Source: Takakia lepidozioides (Eukaryota > Plantae > Bryophyta). Taken from it: a DNA stretch of 64,000 nt. Positions within the stretch are counted from its first letter, which is position 1. Every line of letters starts with the position of its first letter. The stretch is taken from NCBI GenBank assembly GCA_030704615.1, contig CM060733.1, positions 58,962,001 to 59,026,000 on the forward strand, read 5' to 3'. The notes under the pieces were generated by a model that saw nothing but the letters and a program-made list of their open reading frames with translations, had not been told where the DNA came from and ran no database searches. This document shows, piece by piece, positions 25,581 to 37,789 of this stretch. Made by a program: the position numbers and the translations under genes.

Positions 25581-28500
25581 GCAGGGTTGCACACGTCAGT
25601 GACGTCACATTACGTCACGTCACGTTGGACCTGACGCTGACGCGACCAACGTCACGTCAGTTTTGCCGAAAAATCAGTAAAACATGAGTTAGGTGAAAAA
25701 TATGTCACGTAAGTAGACACGTTGTATTCCAAGCGACACCTTGACAAGTAAATGAATTGTTTTATAAATTACTCCATCCGCGAGCATGAGGGTGGTCGCA
25801 GCAGTTTTTTTTAAAATATATCATGCGACTTCCTCGTGCGACCTGGAGCAGTCGCAGCATTGGATCTGATTCGTCGAGCGTGTGAGGCTTGGAGGTTGGA
25901 GGGTATATAAGGTGGTCTCAATGCCCCTCACTTCTTTTGTGGCGAGTGAATGTTTTCTATTCCTTGAGCAAGAGTGTAAGCCCAAGAGGAGGGTGCGGAC
26001 CGTTTGATGTTGTGGCTTCCACCAGAGCCACTGCAGCAAATTGTCGAAAAGCACAATACTACATGGTGCATTGATCCACTTGGATTGATGCCGTAGTGTT
26101 GGGCCATCGCATTCTGTTCTAACTTCTATTGCTCTTGACAAATCTACCAAGTACACTAGTGTTCTTCGTTCAACCTTAAGTCTGTGGTTAGGGTTTTGGG
26201 TGTGAGGATGAGGGAGGAGTGGATCCCTTAGTTCACCATAGACCCGCACAAAAAGGACGGTGTTCAATGCAATCTTTGTGCATTGAAGCTGGCGGGTCGC
26301 AAAGATCGCATATTATATCACCTCGGCTACAGATATGGGAAGAATGCAGGGGTTAATTTGTGCCCAAAAGCCTCAATGCGAGTGAAAGCCCACTTTGCCC
26401 AATGTGGAGGCAATATCCCACCGTCTCTTGATGTGGCCGCGGCTTCTGAGCCAAACACTCCAAATTCGAATCAAACTGTCCCTCAAAGTTGTACCCAGGG
26501 GGATTCTTGCGAGGCGTCTACTGTTCATGGAGAAGCCGGTGGGTTAGGAGCAACACCCGATTGTACGCCAGCACTTGTACGGACCAGACCATTGAGGCAA
26601 CAATCAATGCAAAAATGCTTAAATTTGTCGCACAGGAGGACTCTGGATAAAAAGTGAACCCAATTTTTCTACGAGGCCAATATTCCGTTCAATGTCTCGA
26701 GGCTTCTTGCGTTTGTGGCTGCTGTCAAAGCCACGTCCGATTCCAAGTCCACATACACACCTCCGAGTTATCGCGATCTCCACACATGATTGTTAGAAGA
26801 AGCTATGTCTGACCTCACCCAAAAGGTGAATGAAAAGACAGGTGATTCTCTCCGGAAATATGGAAGCACTATATGTGCGGACGGTTGGAGTTTTGTTACT
26901 AATTGACCACTGTTCAATGTCATGCTGGTCTGTCTTGCGGGGAAACAATTTTTGGGATCCGTTGACATAAGCGGGGAGAGAAAAGATGCACGTTATCAAG
27001 CAGGGTTATTGACGAGTTACATCGATAAAATTGGAGCTGATAAAATTGTTCAAGTGTGCACGGACAATGCATCTAACATGGTTAATATAGCCGATATTTT
27101 GATGGTATGATATCCCCATCTATATTACCAAGGGTGTGCTGCTCATATCTTTGATCTCCTTTTGGAGGATTGGGGAAAATAATCATGGATGAAACAACTC
27201 GTAAAAAGGGCAAAGTCGGTTGTGACGTTCATTCGTACACATCACATCCCTCTGGCAATGTTTAGAAAGCATGAACCCAAATACAGCCTTAGGAACCCGG
27301 GTGAAACCCGTTTTGCCACAAACTTTTTGATGGTGGATCGACTGGTAACTGTGAGGGCGGGTCTGGAGCAGGTGATCATTGACCCTCAATGAGATGCGTA
27401 TGTGGGCACCTTACGCGACTCTCGTAAATCCAAGTCTTTGAGCAAAAGTCGGAGGGTCCGCGCAATCATTCGCTCCGACGATTTCTGGGCGAAATGTGCA
27501 AATTTTGTGTACATGGTGGAGCCGGTGTTGATTGTTTTGCGGGAGTTTGATGGAAAACAACCAATAATGGATAAAGCATGGTTGATATTGGAAAACCTTG
27601 AAAAGCACGTGCAATCCTTGAGGCGTCCTCCATTTTCTATGGACGATGATTTGTCGGCAAGGACCGAGGATGCATTTTACGACCGCAAACGGATGGTTCG
27701 AACGAACTTGCATTATGCGGGGGCCTTGCTGAATCCATTCTTGCTGGACAATACGGATTTGAGAGACGACGTGGATGCCAAAACCGGGCTTGTACGGGTC
27801 ATCATGCAACTTGCGCCCTTGAACATGGCAGAGCGAACGTTGTCCGAGTACCAGTGCTTCTCGGATCGGCAGAATCATTTCCATGACATGTCGGATCCAA
27901 AAGCAATGAACATGTTGCCACATGAATGATGGGATCTGATTGGAGCTGGAGCAAGAACGTTAGCTCCCATTGCAAAGTGTATTCTTGCTCAAGTGTGCTC
28001 TGCCTCGTCCTGTGAGCGGAATTGGAGCAGTTACTCGTTTGTTAACAACAATATTCGCAACAGGTTGAATCCTGCCAGGGCTGACAAATTGGTTTATGTC
28101 TATACGAATTGTAAGCTACTGCGAGAGATGAGAGCAAGTGACGCATCTGCATGGTATGAGAAGAATCTGTTGTCTGAAGAATCTGCCTCAGAGGTCCAAT
28201 CTAGCAGCAATGATGACACTGACGCCGCGAGGGACTCCGACTCCGACGGTTGGGATGGGTCCGATGATGTGGGCAATCCTCCACATGACCCATATGAATT
28301 TAATGACGATGATGCTGCAATGCATCCATCCTTCGATGACCTTGTCGTTGATGAACTGCGACATGGTGTCATCTCAATTGCGAACCCCCTTCCCCCAGTG
28401 GAGCACACTCTCAACAATGAAGTTGAGGTCAACTCTCTCCCACCACGAGTTCCACGGACTGCGGGAGATGTGCAGGTCGAATCGTCGGATGATGACAACC

Positions 28501-29200
28501 GGCCGTTATCATTCTTTCACCGACATCGTGCCCCTGTGAACCGTGCTTCATCTCACCCCGCTCCATCTCATGTTTCTCTTTCTCAAGCCGGTCCATCCCA
28601 TGCTGGTCCATCTAGTCTCTCTCCCCCTCATGTAATTCTCTTCCATCACTACTCCGATCCTGGGAGATGATTCTTCTGCTGCGGGACTTCTGCAAGTCGA
28701 ACCATCGGATGACGACGACCGGCCATTGTCGTTTCATCTAGCCCGACGACGTCCGTATGTGAACCGTGCTCCCTCGACCCTCGCTGGTCCATCTCATGCC
28801 CCTTCCTCTCATGTCGGCATCTCTAATTGACATGCGAGTAGCCTTTCTCATACGAGACCTGCTCCAAGGCCACCACGAAATCCGTGACAAGCCTAGAAAC
28901 GGCAGATAATTGTGCAACCTTTTGTTGGTGACCGACCTGTGAACAGGCCTGATACCCTAGATGGTATTCATGATAGGAGTGGAAATCGACCAAAGAGACA
29001 ACTAAACGTACTCCGAGGACGACTACATGTCCAACGGCCAGTTGCCTCTGGAAACGAAAGAACAGATGGAGATCATGATTCTAACACTAATCATGGGAAC
29101 GGAGGTAAAGTGAGTGGGGACGAAGATTTTGTACTAGACGTGAGATCATACCATCGTCGTCGTGGCAGACGGAATTAGGTACAGCTATAACTTCTGTGAC
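25581..29200 (+). mobile_element. Decayed hAT DNA transposon (BED finger, DUF659/RNase H-like core, hAT dimerisation domain)
   Basis: VQCNLC..ILYHL, FFYEANIPFN, ICADGWS, VQVCTDNASN, PGETRFATNFLM, LHYAGALLNP, CSASSCERNWS in ~26260-28670 with multiple stops. Candidate left end cagggttgca at ~25581 with gtcacgt subterminal motifs. The right end is unresolved. Confidence 0.85.
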
Positions 29201-29484
29201 CTGTCACATGATGTGTAATATGTTTCCATGGATATCCATGTTTCAGTTTGGGTACATGCATACGTGTACGGAAATAAAAATGGTGGAATATGTGTACCCA
29301 AGAAAGGTGTGCGTGTGTTTTTGTTTCGTCATTACCTTTACATTGTTGATTTCCTATTATGGTTTCGAAAGCCACAAAAGTCAGGTGCAGCTCCCAACAT
29401 TCATCTTCCCCTTCACAAATCCATGGGGAGTCGATACATGTGCTTTTCATCTGCCTCTCCAAACATACATACAGGTGCAAGGGG

Positions 29485-30282
29485 ACCAACCTCCTGGTGG
29501 TCGCACCTATTTTTAAAAAAACAATTGTGTGACCACCAGTAGCGGTCGTCGCAACTGTTAAAATAAAAGAAAAATTGTTGTCATCACCCCCCTGCCCGTA
29601 GTCGCACCTATTTACTGATTTACTGATTACCCCTGCTGGTGGTCGCAGATTTTATTTTATTTTATTTTGGGAAACACCTGGGAGCGACAGCTCACAAATC
29701 AGGCCCCTTAGTAGTGAGAGGAGAAAATAACCTCTTTCATTTATGCGCCAAGAGGCGTAGGAATGGGGCACCACACACGAACCATACCACACCCATCAAG
29801 TAGCAAGATTTGACCCCAGAATCGTCCGGGTCGCACTCAGTGCACTTAACCAACTAAGCTACTCACTATTGGTAGATATTAAAAAAATCAGAAAATTATG
29901 CAACCACCCCCCTACGACCACCCAGGTGCTGGTGGTCGCATCTATTAAAGAAAAGGAAAATAGTGCGACCACCAGCAGGTGGTGGTCGCACGTATTTGTT
30001 TTAAACAAAATCTCTGCGACCACCCCTCTGCTGGTGGTCGCGTCTATTAAAAAAAAACATTATGCGACCACCTCCCTGCTGATTATAAATAAATAAAAAT
30101 CCGACCACCCCCCTGCTGGTGGTCGCACCCATTAAAAAACATAAACAAATCTGCGACCACCCCCCTGCTGGTGGTCGCACCTATTAAAAAAAATAAAAAA
30201 ATCTGCGACCACCCTCTGCTGGTGGTCGCACATAATAAAGAGAAGAAAAAAATATGCGACCACCCCTGCTGGCGGTCGCAGC
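29485..30282. repeat. Array of about 12 palindromic tgcgaccacc..ggtggtcgca units with A/T-rich linkers (~50-bp period)
   Basis: Units at ~29528, 29964, 30015, 30063, 30101, 30152, 30204, 30255 and others. Interrupted by a SINE. Confidence 0.85.
29650..29866 (-). mobile_element. tRNA-derived SINE, family S1
   Basis: Reverse strand reads tagcttagttggttaagtgcactgag..ggggtcaaatc..gcgcataaatgaaagaggttattttctcctctcactactaagggg..ctcccaggtgtttccc then (aaaat)n. Body is nearly the same as 57988-58168. Confidence 0.85.
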
Positions 30283-30567
30283 TATTACTAGCGTGCGCAG
30301 TCATGATGACAACGCGCGCCCCGAGTGTGGAGGGGGGGCTTATAAGGCCTTGGAGGCCATTCTCTCCCTCACTTTTCTCCACACCAGGACTTGGTGGGCG
30401 ATGGGATGTTGCATTCCTTGTCATTGAGTCCAAGTGGAGAGGAGTGTTATTGGTTGGGTGGGGGGTATTTTGGGCCGTTGGATTCTACGAAATCGATGCT
30501 GAGTACCTCCCGGGAAGCCCTCCTCTAGCACCCATGTTTTTTTTTCATATTGCGTTATATCACTTAG

Positions 30568-33500
30568 AGATGGCCAACCATCTGTTGAGCCAACGAATGA
30601 ATTTCGATATCTGATATTAGTCCAGGACCTGTGAGAGGATGTCTCGAACGTACTCGCAAAGTTTGGAAGCAAACAAAAATGATTTGGATGGGCAACCATC
30701 CGTTCATCCGTTGAATGTATTCCGCTAGATCTGCTATTGCTTTGGGACCTATTGGGACTGTGTTTCGCGTGCTCACGGTTTTTTTTTTTCATTCGGTTTT
30801 TGAATAGGGCGTGTAATCTAGCCATATGCAACGTGCGTGCCAAATTTGGGAGCGAACATAATTCATTTGGACCCAAAACCACAGTTTCTTCCCTGTTTTG
30901 CACTCCAAACTTGATTTGTGTTCAACTTCATGCACTCTCTCATAGAGAGTTCTGCTCTGCAATAATGAGCGAAGAGAACACTTTTTTTTTGGGGCATTTT
31001 TGATTGGTCCAAATTTTGGCGGGGGAGTAGTGGTGGGATGCTGGAGGCCGCAGAACAAAATTGAGCCAAAAACAAAATCGATACGTGCCAGAAACCCCCA
31101 ATGAAAGGCAGTGCAAACCTATTTATTGGCTTAAAATTAATTTAAATTCAATTACATTATGGAATGGCTTGGTGTCGATGGGGAGACAAATGATTTATTC
31201 GTCGGTTGTGTCTCCGCACATGTTCAAGCACATGCAGACAAAAGAGGGGCTTCAACCACATCCGTTCAATGGGTGCAATAGCCGTGCACGCATTGCAGGA
31301 TTTTTTTTTCGCAATGAACAAAAACCAGATGACAACTGAACACCTCATTGGCCCATCGAACGAATTTCGATTGACCTCATATTACATTGGGACCTATCAG
31401 AGGGTACATTGAACACACTGGCCAAGTCTCAAAGCGAACGAAAATCATTTGGATGGGCAATCATCCGTCGGCCCATTGAACGAATTTCGATTGATCTCAT
31501 ATTACTCCGGGGCCTCTTCCATAGCACATTGAACATACTGGCCAAGTCTCAAAGCGAACCAAAATCATTTGGAGGCAAATGATTTATGTGTCTGTTCATT
31601 TATTTATGATTAATCGTTAATGGTGAAAAGGATAAACCAAAGGTTCCTTGATCCAAAAAAATTTGAATGATTTGAAATTTTGCCAGTATGTTATACATGC
31701 CTCTTACATGGACCGGACAAGTATGAGATCAATAAAAAATGGTTCTCAGGAGGAACCAATGGTTACTTGATGTGCCGATTTCTGAATGCTTTCAAACTTT
31801 GCCATTGCATTGTACATGCCCTCTTAAAGGTACCGGACAAGTATGAGTTCGATTTAAAATATTGCAATGGGTGAACCAATGGTATCTTCATTCAGCAATT
31901 TTTGATTGTTTTGAAACTTTGCCAGTATATTGTACATGCCGTCAAACAGGTACCGAACAAGTATGAGGTCATTCAAAAATGGTTCAAAGGATGAACCTCG
32001 TATTTTCAAAAATTACATAGACTATACAGTGGGTTGTACATTTAAGTTTTCACAACCTGAGACCTTTGGCCTACTCCCTACGTTTCTAGCCTTTCTAGTC
32101 ATCTTCATCTAGATTTATTACTTCGTTGTCGTCATCTCCAGATGTTGATGAAGATGCTCCGGGTGTAGAGGACGTGCCTCCACCAGTACGGAGAGCTCGA
32201 GCCTGGGCTCGAGTGGTCAAAGAGGGACCCAGTGTTGTGTGGTCCACCCTTGCCATCATGCGTAGCCTTCTAGGCGAGTGCTGACTCTCTTCCACATTTG
32301 CCAGAGCCGGGTATGTCGCTCTTGCTACGGCGACATGCAATTTTTCAATTAAATCCGATATGTTTGGAAGTGGCAAGAACATCCCTGGAATAGGGGCAAT
32401 TTGGTCACGCCATGTGTTCTGCCAATACTTTAGAACACTCGTGATGGCAGCCTTGAAATTGTCCAACACCTCCTCCTGCTGGGGGTCTCTGCGCAACTCT
32501 GGAAGAAATGGCCCATCATCCCGACGAGGCACCCAGTACGTCTCATTCATATCCTCCCAACGGATGCTAGCGGCCTCCATCTCCCTCAAAAATAGGTCTC
32601 TCCCAATCGGTTCGCGATTGTATGGGTCGTTTTCCGCTGGCACCCACGGATCCTCAAGCAGTCGGAATAATCTTTGTCTGGTACAGCTCCAATGCTCTCT
32701 CAGGTTCCGGCAAAAAAACTCCCTTTGGACTGGGTCCCGTATGCCTCTAGCACGCACGGTTATTTCCCAGTTGGATGTCACCCAAAAGGTCACCCAAAAG
32801 GTCACCGGATCTTTAACCCTAGTTAACGTCTTCGCATCCAAGGCGTGCATCTCTCTTGGAGCATCCCATGTCATTGTCTCCCCCCAGTGTTGCCAATTTA
32901 AAAAATCGTAAGGCGATACATCCAATGGCATGTTGTACTGTTTGTACTCGTATCCCGTGGGCATATTGTCTTGCAACCCAAACAACTCGTAGAAACGTCG
33001 ATGGATTGGTCCACGGCAGTCAGGGCATTGGCTGGCTCGCATAGCTGCCGATATGAGACATGTGGGATGGAACAAATAGCCACATGAACCAAGCATATAG
33101 CCTCCCTCCGGTCCATAAAGGTTTAGGCACATTGTGCACACCGTACCATCTGTTACCCATGACGCTGGATTGCTCTATGGTATCCACGTCCGTTTATCCT
33201 CATTAATGTAGGATGACATCCTCAGCCTGGTATCTCACTCCTCCTCTACTTCCAAATCCCAGTTTATGCTGTTATTGGTATCGAAAATTGTATGCACACA
33301 GTGCTCAAACATGGCATGCACATCACCCCATGTGGTGAATCCAGTGTACTTCGACGTGAATACATCACGCACAGTGTCGTGCCTTTGCAAATTAGCATAG
33401 ATGTTATCTACGCTTCGATTCGACAAACGTGCTGCACGTTGGAGGGAGGACAACGCTTCTTCTATCCGTGTTTCCCGCGATGCTAGATGGCCTGCCCATG

Positions 33501-35700
33501 TCACCCAATTTTGTCAATTCCCCTTCAACCATGGCCACGATCGGATTTGCACGACATTTGAGTACCGATATGCAACAGCCCTAGCTTGCTCGCGTTCCCC
33601 CACAAGCTGCTCTAATTCCTGTTCTTGGGCCGATGTAATTTGCACGGCTGAACATTCCCCAGTTTCCACTATGGGGTCCTTCCCTTTTCTTGCCCTCTCC
33701 GCCGCAAGTCTTTCTTCCTCAACCCTCGCCGGGTCCAGTTCAGACATTTGCACTTCATTCCCATGCCCGATTGAGTCAACCCCGTCGATGACGCGGTCAA
33801 TGTCTATTGGTGGCATATTCAAACGCGCCAATATGTCTTGCTCGTTGGTGATTGGCCTCGGGTCCTGAAGCACACCGCGTACGCTGTTGAGAGTCCCCAA
33901 CCCCATTCTTTCCAGCAACTTTGTTAGTTGCCACCGTTGCAAATGAACAATGTCCTGCAGGTCTTTGATGTGATGTTCCTCCAACGGAGAGCGTACCCTG
34001 CCCCCCTCCACCTCAGACGTTGAAGGCCCGGCTGCGGAGACCTGTTGCGGCGTATAATCTGGAGGTTGGTCTGCATTTTATCCTTCTTCCACATCGTCGT
34101 TTCTATCCGTCTTTCCTCTTTCTTCCACCTCGTCGTTTCCATCGAACCATATGATGTCCTGCCCCTGACGTATATACAAGTCTGGGATATCAGAGAACAT
34201 GTATAATCTAGTACGCTGTCTAGCAGTAGCAGTTTGTCAATCCACCGGTCGCAATAAAATTAACTTTGTGTACAACATGGCCGCAAATAAATACGGGACC
34301 TTGTTGTTGATGAGCGGTTGATCCCACAATGTTGTATGTACCTCCTCTGCCCTGTGGCGGAAATGCGGGTTGGCGTAGGAATGCAAACTAGCTTGATTTT
34401 GTTTGGTTTGTGGATCATGCCTATCTCTGGGCCACAAACGATTTATGTGACACCAGTCCGCAAATTTCCTGCAGTCACCAAGCGACCACCGCTGCCCCAA
34501 CTTCCAAACTTCCCAACCTGGTTCCGCAAGAATGTTGGGGTCATTGTATATGTCCCAACAAAGTTCGCGCCTGACCCTTTTTGGTTATTTTTTGGAAGGT
34601 CCAGGTTCATTATCGTCGTCCCTGGGATGACCTCCTCTGTCGTCCTCCTCCGCCATTTATGGCTTTGGCTTACCCCTACTCGACAAGTGTTTGCTAAGAA
34701 AAATGCTCTTTGAACCCGCCTAAATCGTACCTAATCCTACTTCCTAATGAATCCTCCCCAAGTACTAGAGGCACGTGTTACTCCCTCGGCCAGGAACGAC
34801 CCGTTGCACCTGATCCAATACAAGCTGGCGGACACAATCGTAGAAGGGACCGGGATCAAATTTCAGGTGACGCGGAGGATGTTGACACTCCGGGATCGAG
34901 TTGGGTGCGCCGCGGGTTGCCCCCTCGCGGACCACCCAGTGGTGAGAGCCCTGCTAGTCACGAGGCACAACGCCCACGCACGTCCACCTTTGACCCCCCC
35001 CTCCCCGACATGATTGGTTCGCTTTGAGACTTGGCCAGTATGTTCAATGTGCCCTAGAAGAGGCCCCAGAGTAATATGAGATCAATCGAAATTCGTTCAA
35101 TGGGCCAACGGATGATTGCCCATCCAAATGATTTTCGTTCGCTTTGAGACTTGGCCAGTGTGTACAATGTACCCTCTGATAGGTCCCACTGTAACATGAG
35201 ATCAATCGAAATTCGTTCGATGGGCCAATGAGGCGTTCAGTTGTCAAATGGTTTTTGTTCATTGCGAAATTTGGCACGCACGTTGCATATGGCTACATTA
35301 CACGTCCCATTCAAAAACCGAAAACTGTGAGCACGCGAAACACAGTCCCAAACAGGTCCCAAAGCAATAGCAGATCTAGCGGAATACATTCAACGGGTGA
35401 ACGGATGGTTGCCCATCCAAAACATTTTTGTTTGCTTCCAAACTTTGCCAGTACGTTCGAGACACCCTCTCATAGGTCACGGACTAATATCAGATCAATC
35501 GAATTTCATTCGATGGCTCAACGGATGGTTGGCCATCGAGATTATTTTGGTTCGCTTTGAGACTTGGCGAGTATGTTCAATGTGCCATGGAAGAGGCCCC
35601 AGAGTAATATGAGATCAATCGAAATTCGTTCAATGGGCCGACGGATGGTTGCCCATCCAAATGATTTTCGTTCATTTTTAGACTTGGCCAGTGTGTTCAT
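30568..35700. repeat. Long inverted repeats built from ~120-bp tandem units, enclosing a 3.4-kb core
   Basis: 30568-30847 is the reverse complement of ~35268-35537, and 31308-31568 of ~35011-35268. An extra unit lies at 35547-35700. Confidence 0.85.
32095..34700 (-). pseudogene. Fragmented intronless reading frame with a RING-finger domain, probable TE cargo
   Basis: CTMC..CGYLFHPTC..CPDC in ORF 32095-33141. Same-strand ORF pieces 33235-33504, 33514-34011 and 34237-34500 lie directly upstream. Confidence 0.6.
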
Positions 35701-37785
35701 GCTCTCTTGAGTTTGTATGTTCAAGTTTGAGAAGGAGAGCTCTTGAACTAGCAAGAGGTGAAGGCCTTGAGATCCATTTTGTGTGTGAAGTGGAGTGGTG
35801 TTGATTCATGTTATGCTGAAGGAGAGCAACACTTAGGCCAAGAGGTCATGGAACATGCATTCAAATGACCAAGGGGAGCACATGGATGATGGATTGGTGC
35901 AAGACCCCCAAATGAGGCATATGGCGTGAAAGTGGGATCCAAGGTGAATTGCTTATGAGCATTATTGTAAGTGACAAGCATTGCTCTTACACATTGAGAT
36001 AATTCGTGTTGATTTGGAGCAATTGTCAAGTGATGAGGAGACAAATGCATGATTGCTCGGCAATGGAGATATGGTAGTTTGCAATCAAATTTCAAGGACT
36101 AGAAGGGGGATTGATTTGGTGGACAATGACTTGCAAGTTGAGTTGGACCACTCTTGGTTGCACATTGGGGTGGAAGAGAGCAAGAAGATGCCTCTTATGA
36201 CCACCTAGAAACCATATTTTTGCTTGAGTAGAAGCATAGATGTCAAGGACTTGCATTCTAGCTCTTCATTACATTTAACCCTAGTAGTGTATGCTTAGAC
36301 TATACCTCGGTTAGTATACCAAACATGAGCTTGTCCATTTTACTATACCTCTGTTGAGGTATCACCATTTGTGGACCCTAATCAGTTCAGACTATACCTA
36401 TGTTAGTATACCAAACAGAACCCTCATTTTCAGACTATACCTCTGTAAAGGTATTATCAACATAAGGGACCCTAGCAACCTCAGACTATACCTCTGTGAA
36501 GGTATCAACATTGAAAAGACTTGGTGAAATTTAAGAGCATTTGGAGGATTGTTTGGAAGATATTTGAGGGCCCTTGGAGGAGTGTTTGGAGGATCTTTGG
36601 GGTCCTTGGAGGAGTATTGGAGGACCCTTCGAGGGGCTTTGGTGGACAATGTTGAAGACCTCTTGAAGGATTGATTGAGGGATATTTGAAGGATACTTGC
36701 CACGGCTATACAAACGAGTGGATAGAGACATGAGGGAGAGTGGTGGGATGAGAGCATTCTGGGGTTAGGAATTGCTTTAGTTTCTTTTCCCCATAGTCTT
36801 TCACCCTCTTTGTAGGCCAAAACCTTTCCGAAGGTGGAGGCAAGAGTCAGTCCGGGTTTGGGCTAGGGTGTCATTGCAGGAGCGACACTGTGGAGTATTT
36901 TTGGGAGCCATACACGGAGGATTAGTTGGTGGCCAAGGTGGCCAAGGCTCTTGAAGAGGTGAGAAAGTTTCTTTTGCGGAGGATGTTCTCAAGGTGGCTA
37001 TGGCGGAGCAAGTGGAGGCTACGCCACAGTCAGGGTAGGCGAACAAAACCCAAGAGGTTGCTATCTAGCAATCAAAGGATGCGTCTCCTACCTCCAAGCC
37101 TGGTGTACCCAAGGTTGCAGTCACCGAGGACAATTGGGAACCAGATGTTGGACCCACAGTCACCGGAGGAGAGAGACGGAGGATCCGGTGATTTCTAAGG
37201 GCTTATAGAAATTGCTTTGCCTTCGGTCTGCTTGCTTGGTCAACTATCCACCACAAAGCTCGCACTACCAAGAGCATGAATAGCCAAGTATTGCCTCCCC
37301 CTCTTGTCACATACATAGTTAGGATGAAGCTATGCATACATTGAATGATGATTTCCCTTCAAGGATTTCCCACCATATGTTCTCCAAGCCCTTCCCATGG
37401 CGCCCTAAGCTTGGCTCCACACCACCATGAAGAACAAGCCCTAGTCCTTCCAAGTGAAATCCACTCTATCACATAAACTAAGTCAAGCCAAGGGCACCCT
37501 TGCTAAGGGAATCCACCCTACAAAGCCCCCAACACACTCCCTCTCAATACCTAGAGCTATGGAGGTGAGAGAGGCTCATGGAGGCTCAACTACAAGAAGA
37601 TGAGCCCTCCTCAGTACTCACAAGGGGGAAAACCCATCCCCATGTCCCAAGTGAGGCTTGGCACCTCACTTGGCATATGAGACCAAATGAAGTCCTAACA
37701 CACACAAAATACAAATATAATATCCAAAATGTCCTAGTTAACTAAAAGTAGGTAATTCTAATTAACCATGACTAAAACCATGACA
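35700..37785 (-). mobile_element. LTR-like segment
   Basis: Sharp boundary at ~37785 (tgtcatggttttag on the minus strand), TATA-like ctataag near 37205, and agactatacct repeats at 36296-36495. No second LTR, PBS or gag-pol was identified. Confidence 0.4.
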
Positions 37786-37789
37786 TTGT

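Noticed and set aside
29485-30282. CRISPR-like look of palindromic repeats with spacers
   Set aside because: Eukaryotic TE context, no cas genes, degenerate repeats, and spacers that are similar A-tracts rather than unique sequences.
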